Positions 13,499-24,697 of a stretch of 64,000 nucleotides of DNA are shown here, piece by piece (position 1 is the stretch's first letter; every line of letters begins with the position of its first letter). Source of the DNA: Marsupella aquatica (Eukaryota; Plantae; Marchantiophyta); assembly GCA_973895155.1 (NCBI GenBank), contig OZ316893.1, positions 11,537,660 through 11,601,659 of the forward strand, given 5' to 3'. The notes below the pieces were generated by a model. The model was given only the letters and a program-made list of their open reading frames with translations, made no database searches and had not been told where the DNA came from. A program made the translations under genes and the position numbers.

Positions 13499-16400
13499 AT
13501 GAGAGAGATAATCAGCATTCACATCGGGCAGGCTGGAATCCAGCTCGGAAACGCTTGTTGGGAGCTCTTCTGTATCGAGCACGGCATTCAGCCTGATGGA
13601 AGGATCCTTGAAGGGTACTGTGACTCTCCTGCGCACCGCTTTAGAATTCGTTGAATAGTTTTGAGCCTTTGTTATCCTTTCAGCTTTTGTGCTGGTTGTA
13701 ATTGTATGATGTACAACCTTAGTCCGACGTCCGATCTCACAGACGTACATCTTCAGCCCGTTGTCAGAGATGCAACCACAGGAATTTCGGTTGTAGATCT
13801 ATGCTGAGGACGTACTTCGTACTGGAAACTGTGTACTGTCGATGGTTAGAGTAGGATTTGCTATAGTTTATACATCTAGATCCGTCCCCTTTGTTTGTAG
13901 TTGGATCCGACTCAACTTCCTCCAAATAAATTGTTCCGGATGTTTCGAGTCTTCTTGTTCATATAATTCTACTTGATCCAGCTGCGAAGTATATATGCGT
14001 ATCCGATTGTCTGGCTCGAAGAAACGTCAGAGTGGATCCTCTACTAAGTGGGGCTTGCAATTCTTTGCCGTAGATTGTAAATGTCGTCGATCGTTTTGCT
14101 TAAAGACGTAGAGCAACCGTGTTGCAGCCTGCATCAGTGAAGGTTTAAGATGTAGTCGTTTGCGGTGAGATGAGATGGAGGGAGTCCGTGGCCATTGTCC
14201 ACGTCGTCTTGCCACATTCCAGGGATGAATGGCGAATGATTTTCGTGGAGGAAATTCTGTTGTGGGTCTGTTGATATCGTGAGTGTTGACAGGACTCAGA
14301 ATGCGATAGAGGATGTTCATCTGCTCATGTTCCTGATGAATTGAATCTCCGCTTGTTTATGTATACGAGCGCAGTGAGAAGAGTGTGCCCCGATCCAGCA
14401 CATCTATTTCAACCGACCAGGAGTCGTTCAGCACATTTTTCAGTGAGACGGGAGCGGGAAAGTATGTCCCTCGGGCCGTGCTTGTGGACCTTGAACCCAC
14501 GGTGATCGATGAAGTGAGGACCGGTGCCTATTGTCAGCTTTTCCATCCTGAGCAGCTCATTTCCGGAAAAGAAGATGCGGCCAACAATTTTGCTCGTGGA
14601 CATTACACAGGTACCAATCTGAGGACTGCAGTACTTTCCGCTTACTTGAACTGCTTTTCTTCCAAGTTGCATGGTCGATGCTCGGCAGCAAAAGTACAGT
14701 ACTGATCTTGCAGTGCACTGCTGGCCGGGTAGGTCAGTCGACTTTTCATTGCCCAAGTTGAGCAGATGAGTTTCGTGTGATGTCTGGCTGACGTGGTGTT
14801 CATTCCCATGCTGAATTCTTGCAGTTGGGAAGGAAATTGTCGACCTCTGCTTGGATCGCGTCAGGAAGCTGGCCGACAATTGCACAGGTCTGCAAGGGTT
14901 TCTGGTCTTCAATGCCGTTGGTGGCGGGACCGGTTCCGGTCTCGGTTCGCTTCTTCTGGAGCGCCTGTCTGTGGACTACGGAAAGAAATCCAAATTGGGC
15001 TTCACAGTATATCCTTCCCCGCAGGTAACCACACAATGTCCAGACTCCCCATTCATTCTCCCGAACTTTAAAACTGGATCCATCGAGGTCTTCCGTATCG
15101 TTGGGCTTGCCCTTCGATCACCCCGTGGAGTTCCTCGATGTCTATAAATGCTTTGACAAGAAGAGAATTCATCGAGTTTAGAACCAGGCCGCGACTCTGG
15201 AATTGTTGAATAGGCCCTCATCTCGTCGTAACCGTACGCAAACTCCAGACAGAATGTAAGCACAGTGATGGGCTTCTGTCTTTTCCGCCGACCTGACGTG
15301 ACTCTACAGTCGCAGGTCGGCTATAAGATTCCGTAGTAAGTAGCGAGCAGTTTTATTATAAACTAAACAAAATCAGTTAAATCTTTTAGAAGGGCAGCAG
15401 TCACCCTCAGTAGATGAACCACACAATAGATGTGATTATCAAGTTTGTGGAAAGAGTAATGAGTCAATTTCCCACGAATGTCGCAGTCTGGACAAAGTAC
15501 AGAAAGTATATCAGGGGCAACGTTCATAACTAAGCTAGACAAATAAGAACAACTGTAGGAGAATTGGAGTGATACTGTAGATAAAACTGAGTTTGACATG
15601 CGTAGTTAATTTCCACACTTCGAGGAGTCGTGCTCAATTGCAGTCACTGGTCAGCTCTTCTATTTTGATTTTGAGCTGTGTGATGCAATGAAAATGTATT
15701 TCTCAGGTGTCGACTGCTGTTGTTGAGCCTTACAACAGCGTTCTCTCAACACACTCTCTGATTGAGCACACGGACGTCGCCGTCCTGCTAGACAACGAAG
15801 CCATCTACGACATTTGCAGAAGGTCGCTGGACATTGAAAGGCCCACATACACCAACCTCAACCGACTAGTTTCCCAAGTCATCTCTTCCCTCACTGCCTC
15901 TCTCCGATTTGATGGCGCATTGAACGTTGATATCACGGAATTCCAGACCAATCTTGTGCCCTATCCCAGAATTCATTTCATGCTGTCTTCTTACGCTCCG
16001 GTCATCTCAGCCGAAAAAGCATACCATGAACAGCTTTCAGTTGCGGAGATCACCAGCACTGTCTTCGAGCCTTCGTCCATGATGGCCAAGTGTGACCCCC
16101 GGCATGGCAAGTACATGGCTTGCTGCATGATGTACCGGGGTGACTTGACACCCAAGGATGTGCAGTCGGCTGTCGCCACCATTAAGAACAAACGCACCGT
16201 GCAATTTGTGGACTGGTATGATTTCTTACTTCTCAATAACTTAGAACCTGATTTTTCTTCAGATTCAATTCGTTTCTTCGCTGGGATTTCGCCACTTTTG
16301 GGATAGGGTGAGTGTCGTATGTGGTAGAGTTCGGGTTTTAACAAATGAATTCTGACATAGAGAATGTATTCATTGCTGTAGGTGCCCCACCGGATTTAAA

Positions 16401-16694
16401 TGTGGGATAAACTACCAAGCACCTACCGTTGTTCCGGGAGCCGACCTCGCCAAGGTGCAGAGGGCTGTGTGCATGATCAGTAACAACACCGCTGTGGCGG
16501 AAGTTTTCTCGCAGATCAACCATAAGTTTGATCTCATGTACGCCAAGCGTGCTTTCGTGCACTGGTTTGTGGGTGAAGGTATGGAGGAGGGTGAGTTCTC
16601 GGAGGCCAGGGAAGATCTGGCTTCATTGGAGAAGGACTACGAAGAGGTGGGAGCTGACACTACAGATGATGTTGATGATAACGACGAGCTGTAG
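13499..16694 (+). CDS. TUA: alpha-tubulin (divergent isotype)
   Basis: Exons 13499-13614, 14399(or 14375)-14610, 14825-15024, 15707-16215, 16382-16694, all GT-AG. Gives 449 aa (or 457 aa). Motifs [38 protein letters not shown]. Confidence 0.97.
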
Positions 16695-18719
16695 TGTTAC
16701 TAGCCCAGTTGGTGAATATCTTTTGGTTCACACGTGGTGTAGCAAAACTTCTCAATGATTATAGCAGTCCATTTATTTGGTGTGAGCGTGGTAATTCTAC
16801 GGCGAGTTGCGTTTCATTCTACCATTGATGTAGAATTTGATTGTATCTTTACAATGTGTCTTTGGCCTTATCTTTTTTTGAGCTACGACTGAGAATCAAT
16901 GGACTGCATTTTAAGTAAAGCTGTCGTCAGGACAAGACGTAGGCCTGTTCATTGAATGCCCGCAGGCACTAGGTGGGCAGAAATTAAAAGTATAGCTTAG
17001 TTCAAAAGAATTGTGCATAACATTTGTACAAAAATATTCGACGAAAGTTGTTCATTTTGCTTTCACTGGACCAGCAGCCCACGTCATAGACTCTGTTGTT
17101 TCCCAAGGATGACGATGAATGAACAGGAAATGCACTGGCCAGCTTTAAGTTCACGATTGGTCTGTCCATTCTCTCAAATAAGGTTATCAAGAGATTGTGG
17201 ATATTGTCCAGCACACCTTGTAGAATGTATAGCCGAGGAGTTGTCCTATGAGTGGAACCTCCTTCATGGATTTTATTTGCATTTTGTGATCGCTGTCACC
17301 TCAATAGCTTCAATGCCCTTCGACAGATTGTGAACATTGCGCTGCACATTTTGTAGAATGTACCACTGCCCAGGGACGAGGAGTTATCCTATTAGTGAAC
17401 CTCATTCATGATTGTACTTCCCATTTAAATTGCTTTCGCGGCAATGTCTGGACTAGATCGAGAACTGACGTGCAAGTGCTGCCTTCTAGCTGACTCTAAG
17501 CCACTAGCTGGGCCCAAGCGAGGTGCAGTGGCAACCAGTTGTGGCCTCCTTCTGTGAGATGAATAGGACCAACCATAGTTCACAACTCGAGATTCTAATA
17601 ACTGATAGACAGCTTTCTAGACTTGAGCAACAGCAATTCAACCTTCATCTTTGTTGGCTTCAACGGCAAAGGTATAATCCGTTTATTCGCCTAGTTTACA
17701 CGGTTCTAAAAGGAAAGCGCAGTCCTAACCGGTGGGCACTCAGCACCAAATTAAACGTGTATCATGGAAATTGGACGAGACTTAAATCTGGAAAATACTG
17801 TCTAATTGAAAGACTAAGGACCTTCATCAGTAATTTGTCGTGATGAGTGGCAACTTGAGCAGCTTGAAGGATGGCCAGTGTGAAGCCTTGCTTTAAAACC
17901 AAATGAGTGGAGAACTCTGAGAATCTATTTACTATAATCCAAACCTGGAAGGGATTATCCAAGTGGATCCTTGTTTGAGACGGGTCTCGTGAACTGACTG
18001 ACCCATGTACTAACTTGCCCTGGCCTCAGAAACTATCTATAGTAGAAGCATCCGAGAGCTGGGTGCCTTCCTGAGAAGAATGCTATGGTGACCGTGATGT
18101 ACTACTGTCCATGCATTGCTGAGCAGTCTGAGAACGAAGGCAAACGAAAGAGCTTCAGGCGACACTTCATTTCGAATTGCAGGAGGAAATCCTTGGTTGG
18201 ACTCTTTCCAACGTGCTGACAATACAAAGACTTGGTCCACGTCCACATCAAGATGAGTTCTGCAATATACACCACAATCCCAGAGAGCTGAATTTCGGAA
18301 AGCCGTGGAGATCAGGATATGAGACAAATCGAATCTTCATGAATTTTGAGGGTAGTTCCTACATTACAACCTCCCTCCTTCGAGCGATTCTCACTTTGTG
18401 AGTGAATCAATGCCACTAGGGTGCACGGCTATAATCTCTGGGAACAGCAACTAAGTCATGGAAAATAAATTAAATTCTTTGGAACCCATAGCACAGATGT
18501 CAAATTGTGAGACACCTTGGCGTTAAGGAGGGTCCTTTCCTCCACATGTTACAAGAAAAATGAGTGCTGAGCCTGGCCAGCAGAAAGTAAATTTGAGCAG
18601 CATTAAACTTTTGGACAGTAAATGCCACATGTGTACTGCCCAGAAAACAATTGATTGTCGCCGCTATGGTAAGTCGATTAGTTACACTACTTACAGCGAA
18701 AGCCAATGACGAAATGGTA

Positions 18720-21700
18720 CTAAGGATTCGTGTGCTGGACATAACCCATCTCAATTTTGTACTGGAGCTCCTCCTTCCAAGACACGCGATCTCGGAACCA
18801 GTCTCCGCTACCACTGCGCTTACCGAAGTCCTCAATCTTCTTGGATCCTGTTTTCCCAAAGACTTCTTTCAGGCTGCAGGTTTTCCAACCAGAGAATATC
18901 TCGTCTGGGTCTAGTGTCACTTGCTTGAGCAGATGAGGCTCCAAATTTTCTTTCCTGGCCCAGGAAGGAATGTGTTTTGCAGGCCTTGTCTCATCCTCCG
19001 ACTCATCATCTGAGGATCCTTTGTAAGGAGAAATGTCATAAGACATCGGCCCCAAATCTTCTTCCTTTTCAACTGCTCTGGAGCAAGGTGTTTCACTGCA
19101 TGGCACACTATCACCAATCCTTCCTTGCTGCACATCAGCAGGTCTATTACCCAAGCTAAAAGCATGAGTTGAAATTTGAGGACCACTTTTAGCAGTACAC
19201 TGGACATTCAAGGATGACAACCGAGCCGGCTCGGCATTTAAAGACGGCAACCTGGCAGACTCTGCATTCCAGGAAGGCAATCTAGTAAGCTCTGCATTCA
19301 TGGACAGCAACTTGGACGACGAAGATGAGGAAGATGGGTGCCGCCCTTTCTTTTGCATAGCGGTAGCCACCATTGCAGCTGTCTGTTTATCCTTTGAAAC
19401 AACCGGGACTCGAACTGCTGATCTTAAGGACAGAGTGCCTGCCCCGAGCAGATTGGAACGCATCTTACCAGGGGTCTGGCCTGGCCTGGCCTGTGCTGTT
19501 TGCAGTACGCCCTTCCCGGCACCTCTCACCTTCAGTTCATCTACTTGAACTTTTTCTCTTGGTCTCGGAGTGCATTGCTTGCTTTTAAATTTCTCCTCCA
19601 TTGCCCTCTTCTCACGTTCTGCTTCCTCCGAAGCCTGAAGCCTCTGCGCCTTATCTTCCTGCTCAGCAACCTTTTTTTGCTTCAAAATTTCCTGCCGCTC
19701 TTCCATTTTCTTTTGCACTAACTGCTCTTTAAGCTGCCTCGAAGCAAGGAGCTTGCGCTTCCTCTCTTCTTCCATCCTCTTCAAGTCAGCTATATTTTTC
19801 TTGACCTTCTTCTCAATTTCCAAATTTGTAGCCTGCTTTGACTTTGCTTCTGCACTGCACAAGTTTCGAGAGCTGGAAAGTAATACATGTTTCCTAGGGG
19901 ACAACTGACTGCCACAGCTGCTCTCTCCTCCATCAAACTTGCTTCCTTCAATCGATTCTTTCAGCGGTATGCTTGCCTCCGGAGCTTCTTTCCTTTCGAT
20001 CCCCAAGGAAGGGTTGTCTTCTGCCCTTCTCATCATCTTCCTTAGCGAATCCTTACCATCTCTTTTCTCCTCCTCAGCCCTTTTTGCAGCTTCTGCAGCG
20101 ATCAAAGCCTTCACCTTTACAACTCTCTTTCCGTCAGGTATGAAGCTTGGGGTTGGCTGCTGAACAACTGGAACAAAAGATTTCATGCCTGCGATGAGAT
20201 TTGAAAACGGCTTCTGAGGATTGACAATGTTGGAGCTCGCAACTTGCACCGAAGGTATTACACTTGAAACATTCATTTGCCGATTCTGCAGACTCTCTGT
20301 AGTCTCCTTCCTGCCTACCTGGTCCACGGAGGGATTCCCATCCACTGCTAGAGGGATAACCACCTTCACTTCTCCTTCGCTTCTATGATCCCGATGTGAT
20401 ACGTCTGACATGTGGGAATTTCGCCCTCCTTGGCTATCCCGAACAGCAGAAGTTTCGAAGAGATGCTGTCCCTCATTAATTTTGAGCTGGCTGCAGGGAA
20501 CAACTGCATCAGCTTGCACATCAATCAGCTCTTCTTCATGGACTTCAGCCGCGGCAAGTAAAAGATTTAGCCTTTCCTTCCTTCTCACTCCGTCACTTTC
20601 CCCACCAACTAACTCTTCTGTATGGAGCTCAGCTGTAGTGATGACAAGTTCAGTGAGCGGTCTCTCCCTTATCGGAGTTCCTGCACTGCTTCTGTGTGTG
20701 ATATGTATCTGAGGTGGCTGACCTGGCAAAATGCTGCTCTCGCTCACAGTAACCGAATCCGCAAATTGCAACGCTGTCCCTAAGCTGCTGTGGAATTCTC
20801 CCACGTAGACAACGTCACCGTCTTTTCCGCGGGGAGCAATGTTCACCTCCAACAATGGTATCCCATCCGTTATCTCTGCGATCCGTTCACTTCTCACTCC
20901 TTCACTTTCCTTACCAACTAAGTCTTCTGTATGGAGCTCCGCTGTGATGGTGACTAGTTCAGTGAGCGGTCTCTCGCTTCTTATCGGAGTTCCTCCACTG
21001 TTTCTTTGTGTGAAATGTGTCTGAGGTGGCTGACCTGGCAAAATACTGCTCTCACTCGCAGCAACCGAATACGGAAATTGCGACTCTGTCCCTGAGCTGC
21101 TGTGGAATTCTCCTACGAATACAACGTCACCGTCTCGATCGCGGGGAGAAATGTTCACCTCCAACAATTGTATCCCATCCATTGTCTCTGCGATCCGTTC
21201 GCTTCTCACTTCATCGCTTCTCTCACCAAGTAACTCTTCTTTATGGAGCTCAGCTGTAGTGGTGACAGGTTCAGTGAGCGGCCTCTCCCTTCTTATCGGA
21301 GTTCCTGCATTGTCTCTGTGAGTGATGTGTGTCTGAGGTGGCTGACCTGGCAAAATGCTGTTCTCGGGAACAGTAACCGCATCCGCAAATTGCAACGCTC
21401 TCTCTGAGCTGCTGTGGAATTCTCCTACGAATACAACGTCACCGTCTCGAACGCAGGGAGAAATGTTCACCTCCGGCAATGGTATCCCATCCTTTGTCTC
21501 TGCGATCCGTTCGCTTCTCACTCCATCGCTTCTCTCACCTAGTAACTCTTCTGTATGGAGCTCAGCTGTAGTGGTGACAGGTTCAGTGAGCGGTCTCTCC
21601 CTTCTTATTGGAGTTCCCGCACTGTTTCTGTGCTTTATATGTATCTGAGGTGGCTGACCTGGCAAAATGCTGTTCTCGCTAACAGTAGCCGAATCCGGAA

Positions 21701-24419
21701 ATTGCGACGATGTCCCTGAGCTGCTGCGAAATTCTCCTAGGCATACAACTTCACCGTCTCTATCGCAGGGAGAAAAGTTGACCTCCAACAATTGTGTTTC
21801 ATCCTTTGTCTCCGCGATCCATTCACTAACCTCACGCACCGCAGGTAATTGCAACTTTGCACTTCCAGCTCCGGTCGCATCCATCTTGCTCTCCTTTATG
21901 TCCAGCTCCAGTGCAAAAGAATGTTCACGGGCAGAGTAAGCCACTCCTTTCGTCGTTACACTTGAATTTGCATCTATCTCTGCCAACAGATGTAAGAATC
22001 TTTTGGGATCGCTCTCCCTGAATGGTTGAGGTGGGTTCTGCACTTCCATTTGCTCCTCGGCTACTAATTCGGAAATACAGCTCCTGTGTTCACCTTTGAG
22101 CTCCGGGAGGTCAAGAACGATGTCATCGGCTTCTCGCTCTACAAATTTGATTTTCAATGCCGGAGATAAAAGTAATGTGGTCCGCCTGGAGCCCCTGTAT
22201 GCGCCCTGTTTGAGGAGAGACTGAGGAGGGTCTTCAGCGCTTACCTGGCATTCCGATGGCAAGTCCGTGCAATCGAGAACCAGCCCCCGATCAGCTCCCA
22301 ACGGCTTCACATGGTCAGGAGTTGCCAAATCGAATTTAGTAGTCATTGCCGGACCACAATCCATTCTGAGTTCTCCCGCATTGCCCTTCTGTGACGATGA
22401 CGTGATCAAATTTCCCTGAGGCGTCCCCATTCCATTTCGCTCTTTCAATAGATGCAATGTGTTTCCAAGCTGACCAGCTGCAGCAGTAGGAAGCATACCT
22501 TCATTTTGATTCACACCCACAGTCTTTAAGTGCCCCACAACCCCGTCAAGTTCTACCGAAGGTGGGAGAACTGTGATGCTGGCATTCCCGTTCGGCTCTC
22601 TCAGTCTTTTGGTCACTGAAAGTTCCCTGCCATTATGCTCCTCAACAGAAGCATGTGCATTGCCACTCGCATTCTCCAGCTTATCTAATTCAAAGGCTTT
22701 GGCCTCTGCTTGCGAGCCGGACTCCAGTCTGGTGCTTCCTACCGAAGCTGTTGACTTCTTGGAGGGCTGCCTTTCAGCTTTATCCTCCTCTTCCTTCGCA
22801 ATACGAGTTATTTCCGTCGGCCCGTTCCCAATCTTCACAACCTGCTCTTCACTGATTAGTTCATGTTTGCCTACCTCTCCATTTGTCTCGGGGGGAGAAC
22901 GTGAGCTGGCTCTGGTGATTCTCCGCTGAGACGATGGCGTAATCATAGTTGCGTGAGGAGACTTTCTTCCATTCCGCTCTTTAAATGGATGCAATGTGTT
23001 CCCACGCTGGTCAGCTGCAGCAGTCGAATGCATACCTTCATTTTGATCGATACCCACAGTCACGAACATCCCCACAATCCCGTCAATTTCTGCAGGAGGA
23101 AGAACTGTGGCGCTGAAATTTCCTCTAGCTCTTTTGGTCGCTGAACCTTCCCTGCGATTACGTTCCTCGACAGAAGCGTGTGCATTCGCACTCACATTCT
23201 CCACCTTCTCTAACTCAAAGGCATTGCGCTCTACTAGCGAACTGAAGTTCAGTCTGGTACTTTCTAACGAAGTTTTTGACTTCTTAGAGGCCCGCCCTTG
23301 AGCTCTATCCACCCCCTCATCTTCCTCCGCAGTACCAGTTGTTTTCGTTGGCCCGTTCCCCACAACCTTCACATCCTGCTCTTCAACAAGTATTCCACTC
23401 TCGGCGCTGGCTCTGTTACTTCTCTTCTTGCCAGCAGGAGGCTTTTTCGATGGCCGTTCGGGTCTGTCTTGCAGCTCCAATGCAGTTTGTACAATGGTGG
23501 TCTGCATTTTCCGAGCAATCTCATCTTCCTCTATTGCTGCAGGTAAATCGACATTTTGCTTGCGCCCTCTTCGTTTCTTCTGTGGCGGTTCTCCCCGCGC
23601 AATTGTCACATTAGCTCCGGCATTCTGCAGAATCCTGGCCCGACTACGAGTCAATCTCGGAGCATCAAGGTCCAGAGCTTCTGTCTTGACTTGAGATAGT
23701 CTTCCTCCAATTGACGCCGAGCTTTCTCGAGGTTTCTCAAGATGCGGCAAAGACTCTTCTGCCTCTCGTAACTCTCCTGCCTCTCCTGCCTCCCCTGCCA
23801 CAATAATATGGCTACCTGAAGTGGACGTACGCCTTTTCCCTTCCACAGAATGGATAGGCTCTTCATTTTCACTAGCTGCCAAGATGGTGCTTTTGTTTCC
23901 TCCATTCCCTATTTTGCTTCCTTCCTCAGAATGAACAGGTCTTTCATGCCCTCTGTTGTGCGCTTTCACGAGATGCCCAAGTCCTTCATTCCTTCCCTGC
24001 TGTTCTTGTAAAGCCACGTCTTCATCTATATCCCTTACATCGGCTATACGAGTGCAAATCGGCGATGATGTATCCAATTGACGGGACTGGTTGACAACTT
24101 GAGAGTCGACAAGCGGTTTCCTCCTCCGAGAGCTTTTGGCAGGAGGCTTCGTACTGGACTTCAAACGGGAGCCGCCAGCGAGATTATTTTCCTTTCCATC
24201 CACATTGCGGCGTTGTTCTTCAGCATCATTCGTTTGGAAAGAACGAGTCGTTCCTTTCCATTGCTTGACAGAAGAGATGGACACCGGGAGGTCATACAGT
24301 GCCGCCAGTATGCCGATGGACTCCCAGCAGATATGATGCTGTTGCAGGTGGAGTTCATTGACTTGAGCTCGAAAAAGCTGAATGGAATCGAGAAAATTTC
24401 CCAGCCTCCCGTACTCCAT
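18720..24419 (-). CDS. INCENP: inner centromere protein (INCENP) with C-terminal IN-box (Aurora-binding domain), ~1899 aa single ORF
   Basis: Uninterrupted ORF from ATG at 24419. It has an E/K/R-rich helical segment followed by SYDISPYK..SDDESEDE..KHIPSWAR..LDPDEIF..CSLKEVF..KRSGSGDW, which matches the INCENP IN-box pattern. Additional upstream coding exons are not excluded. Confidence 0.88.
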   Translation of the reverse strand: MEYGRLGNFLDSIQLFRAQVNELHLQQHHICWESIGILAALYDLPVSISSVKQWKGTTRSFQTNDAEEQRRNVDGKENNLAGGSRLKSSTKPPAKSSRRRKPLVDSQVVNQSRQLDTSSPICTRIADVRDIDEDVALQEQQGRNEGLGHLVKAHNRGHERPVHSEEGSKIGNGGNKSTILAASENEEPIHSVEGKRRTSTSGSHIIVAGEAGEAGELREAEESLPHLEKPRESSASIGGRLSQVKTEALDLDAPRLTRSRARILQNAGANVTIARGEPPQKKRRGRKQNVDLPAAIEEDEIARKMQTTIVQTALELQDRPERPSKKPPAGKKRSNRASAESGILVEEQDVKVVGNGPTKTTGTAEEDEGVDRAQGRASKKSKTSLESTRLNFSSLVERNAFELEKVENVSANAHASVEERNRREGSATKRARGNFSATVLPPAEIDGIVGMFVTVGIDQNEGMHSTAAADQRGNTLHPFKERNGRKSPHATMITPSSQRRITRASSRSPPETNGEVGKHELISEEQVVKIGNGPTEITRIAKEEEDKAERQPSKKSTASVGSTRLESGSQAEAKAFELDKLENASGNAHASVEEHNGRELSVTKRLREPNGNASITVLPPSVELDGVVGHLKTVGVNQNEGMLPTAAAGQLGNTLHLLKERNGMGTPQGNLITSSSQKGNAGELRMDCGPAMTTKFDLATPDHVKPLGADRGLVLDCTDLPSECQVSAEDPPQSLLKQGAYRGSRRTTLLLSPALKIKFVEREADDIVLDLPELKGEHRSCISELVAEEQMEVQNPPQPFRESDPKRFLHLLAEIDANSSVTTKGVAYSAREHSFALELDIKESKMDATGAGSAKLQLPAVREVSEWIAETKDETQLLEVNFSPCDRDGEVVCLGEFRSSSGTSSQFPDSATVSENSILPGQPPQIHIKHRNSAGTPIRRERPLTEPVTTTAELHTEELLGERSDGVRSERIAETKDGIPLPEVNISPCVRDGDVVFVGEFHSSSERALQFADAVTVPENSILPGQPPQTHITHRDNAGTPIRRERPLTEPVTTTAELHKEELLGERSDEVRSERIAETMDGIQLLEVNISPRDRDGDVVFVGEFHSSSGTESQFPYSVAASESSILPGQPPQTHFTQRNSGGTPIRSERPLTELVTITAELHTEDLVGKESEGVRSERIAEITDGIPLLEVNIAPRGKDGDVVYVGEFHSSLGTALQFADSVTVSESSILPGQPPQIHITHRSSAGTPIRERPLTELVITTAELHTEELVGGESDGVRRKERLNLLLAAAEVHEEELIDVQADAVVPCSQLKINEGQHLFETSAVRDSQGGRNSHMSDVSHRDHRSEGEVKVVIPLAVDGNPSVDQVGRKETTESLQNRQMNVSSVIPSVQVASSNIVNPQKPFSNLIAGMKSFVPVVQQPTPSFIPDGKRVVKVKALIAAEAAKRAEEEKRDGKDSLRKMMRRAEDNPSLGIERKEAPEASIPLKESIEGSKFDGGESSCGSQLSPRKHVLLSSSRNLCSAEAKSKQATNLEIEKKVKKNIADLKRMEEERKRKLLASRQLKEQLVQKKMEERQEILKQKKVAEQEDKAQRLQASEEAEREKRAMEEKFKSKQCTPRPREKVQVDELKVRGAGKGVLQTAQARPGQTPGKMRSNLLGAGTLSLRSAVRVPVVSKDKQTAAMVATAMQKKGRHPSSSSSSSKLLSMNAELTRLPSWNAESARLPSLNAEPARLSSLNVQCTAKSGPQISTHAFSLGNRPADVQQGRIGDSVPCSETPCSRAVEKEEDLGPMSYDISPYKGSSDDESEDETRPAKHIPSWARKENLEPHLLKQVTLDPDEIFSGWKTCSLKEVFGKTGSKKIEDFGKRSGSGDWFRDRVSWKEELQYKIEMGYVQHTNP
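20580..21830 (-). repeat. in-frame 312-bp (104-aa) tandem repeat x4 inside INCENP
   Basis: ctgaggtggctgacctggcaaaat at 20709, 21021, 21333 and 21645. Confidence 0.95.
22388..23390 (-). repeat. older ~531-bp (~177-aa) duplication inside INCENP
   Basis: Paired motifs GNGPT, AFEL.K.EN.S.NAHASVEE.N, TVLPP and NEGM..TAAA.Q.GNTLH..KERNG; ggcccgttccc at 22819 and 23350. Confidence 0.9.
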
Positions 24420-24697
24420 TGTCACCGCCTCCGGGAATGTATTGACAGATTTTCTCGAGTGAATTGAGTGCTCTCCCGAACAAAAGTGCTGTGGGTGGTA
24501 GGTCCGCAGGGCCCTTGTCCGCTGGGAGAAATCGTCCAGGACAAGGGAACAAACCGGGTCAGATTCTCAATTTTTTTCACTTGCTTGTTCGACCACGATA
24601 CTTGAGAGTCCCGATTGCCGCACATACGTTTCGTGAAATGCAGGAGCCATCATTGCAAATTCAAAGATCACCAAACGCTCGAAAACAATCCTGCACA

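Noticed and set aside
22183-22206. miR160-like sequence
   Set aside because: Partial match only, inside INCENP coding sequence, with no precursor hairpin.
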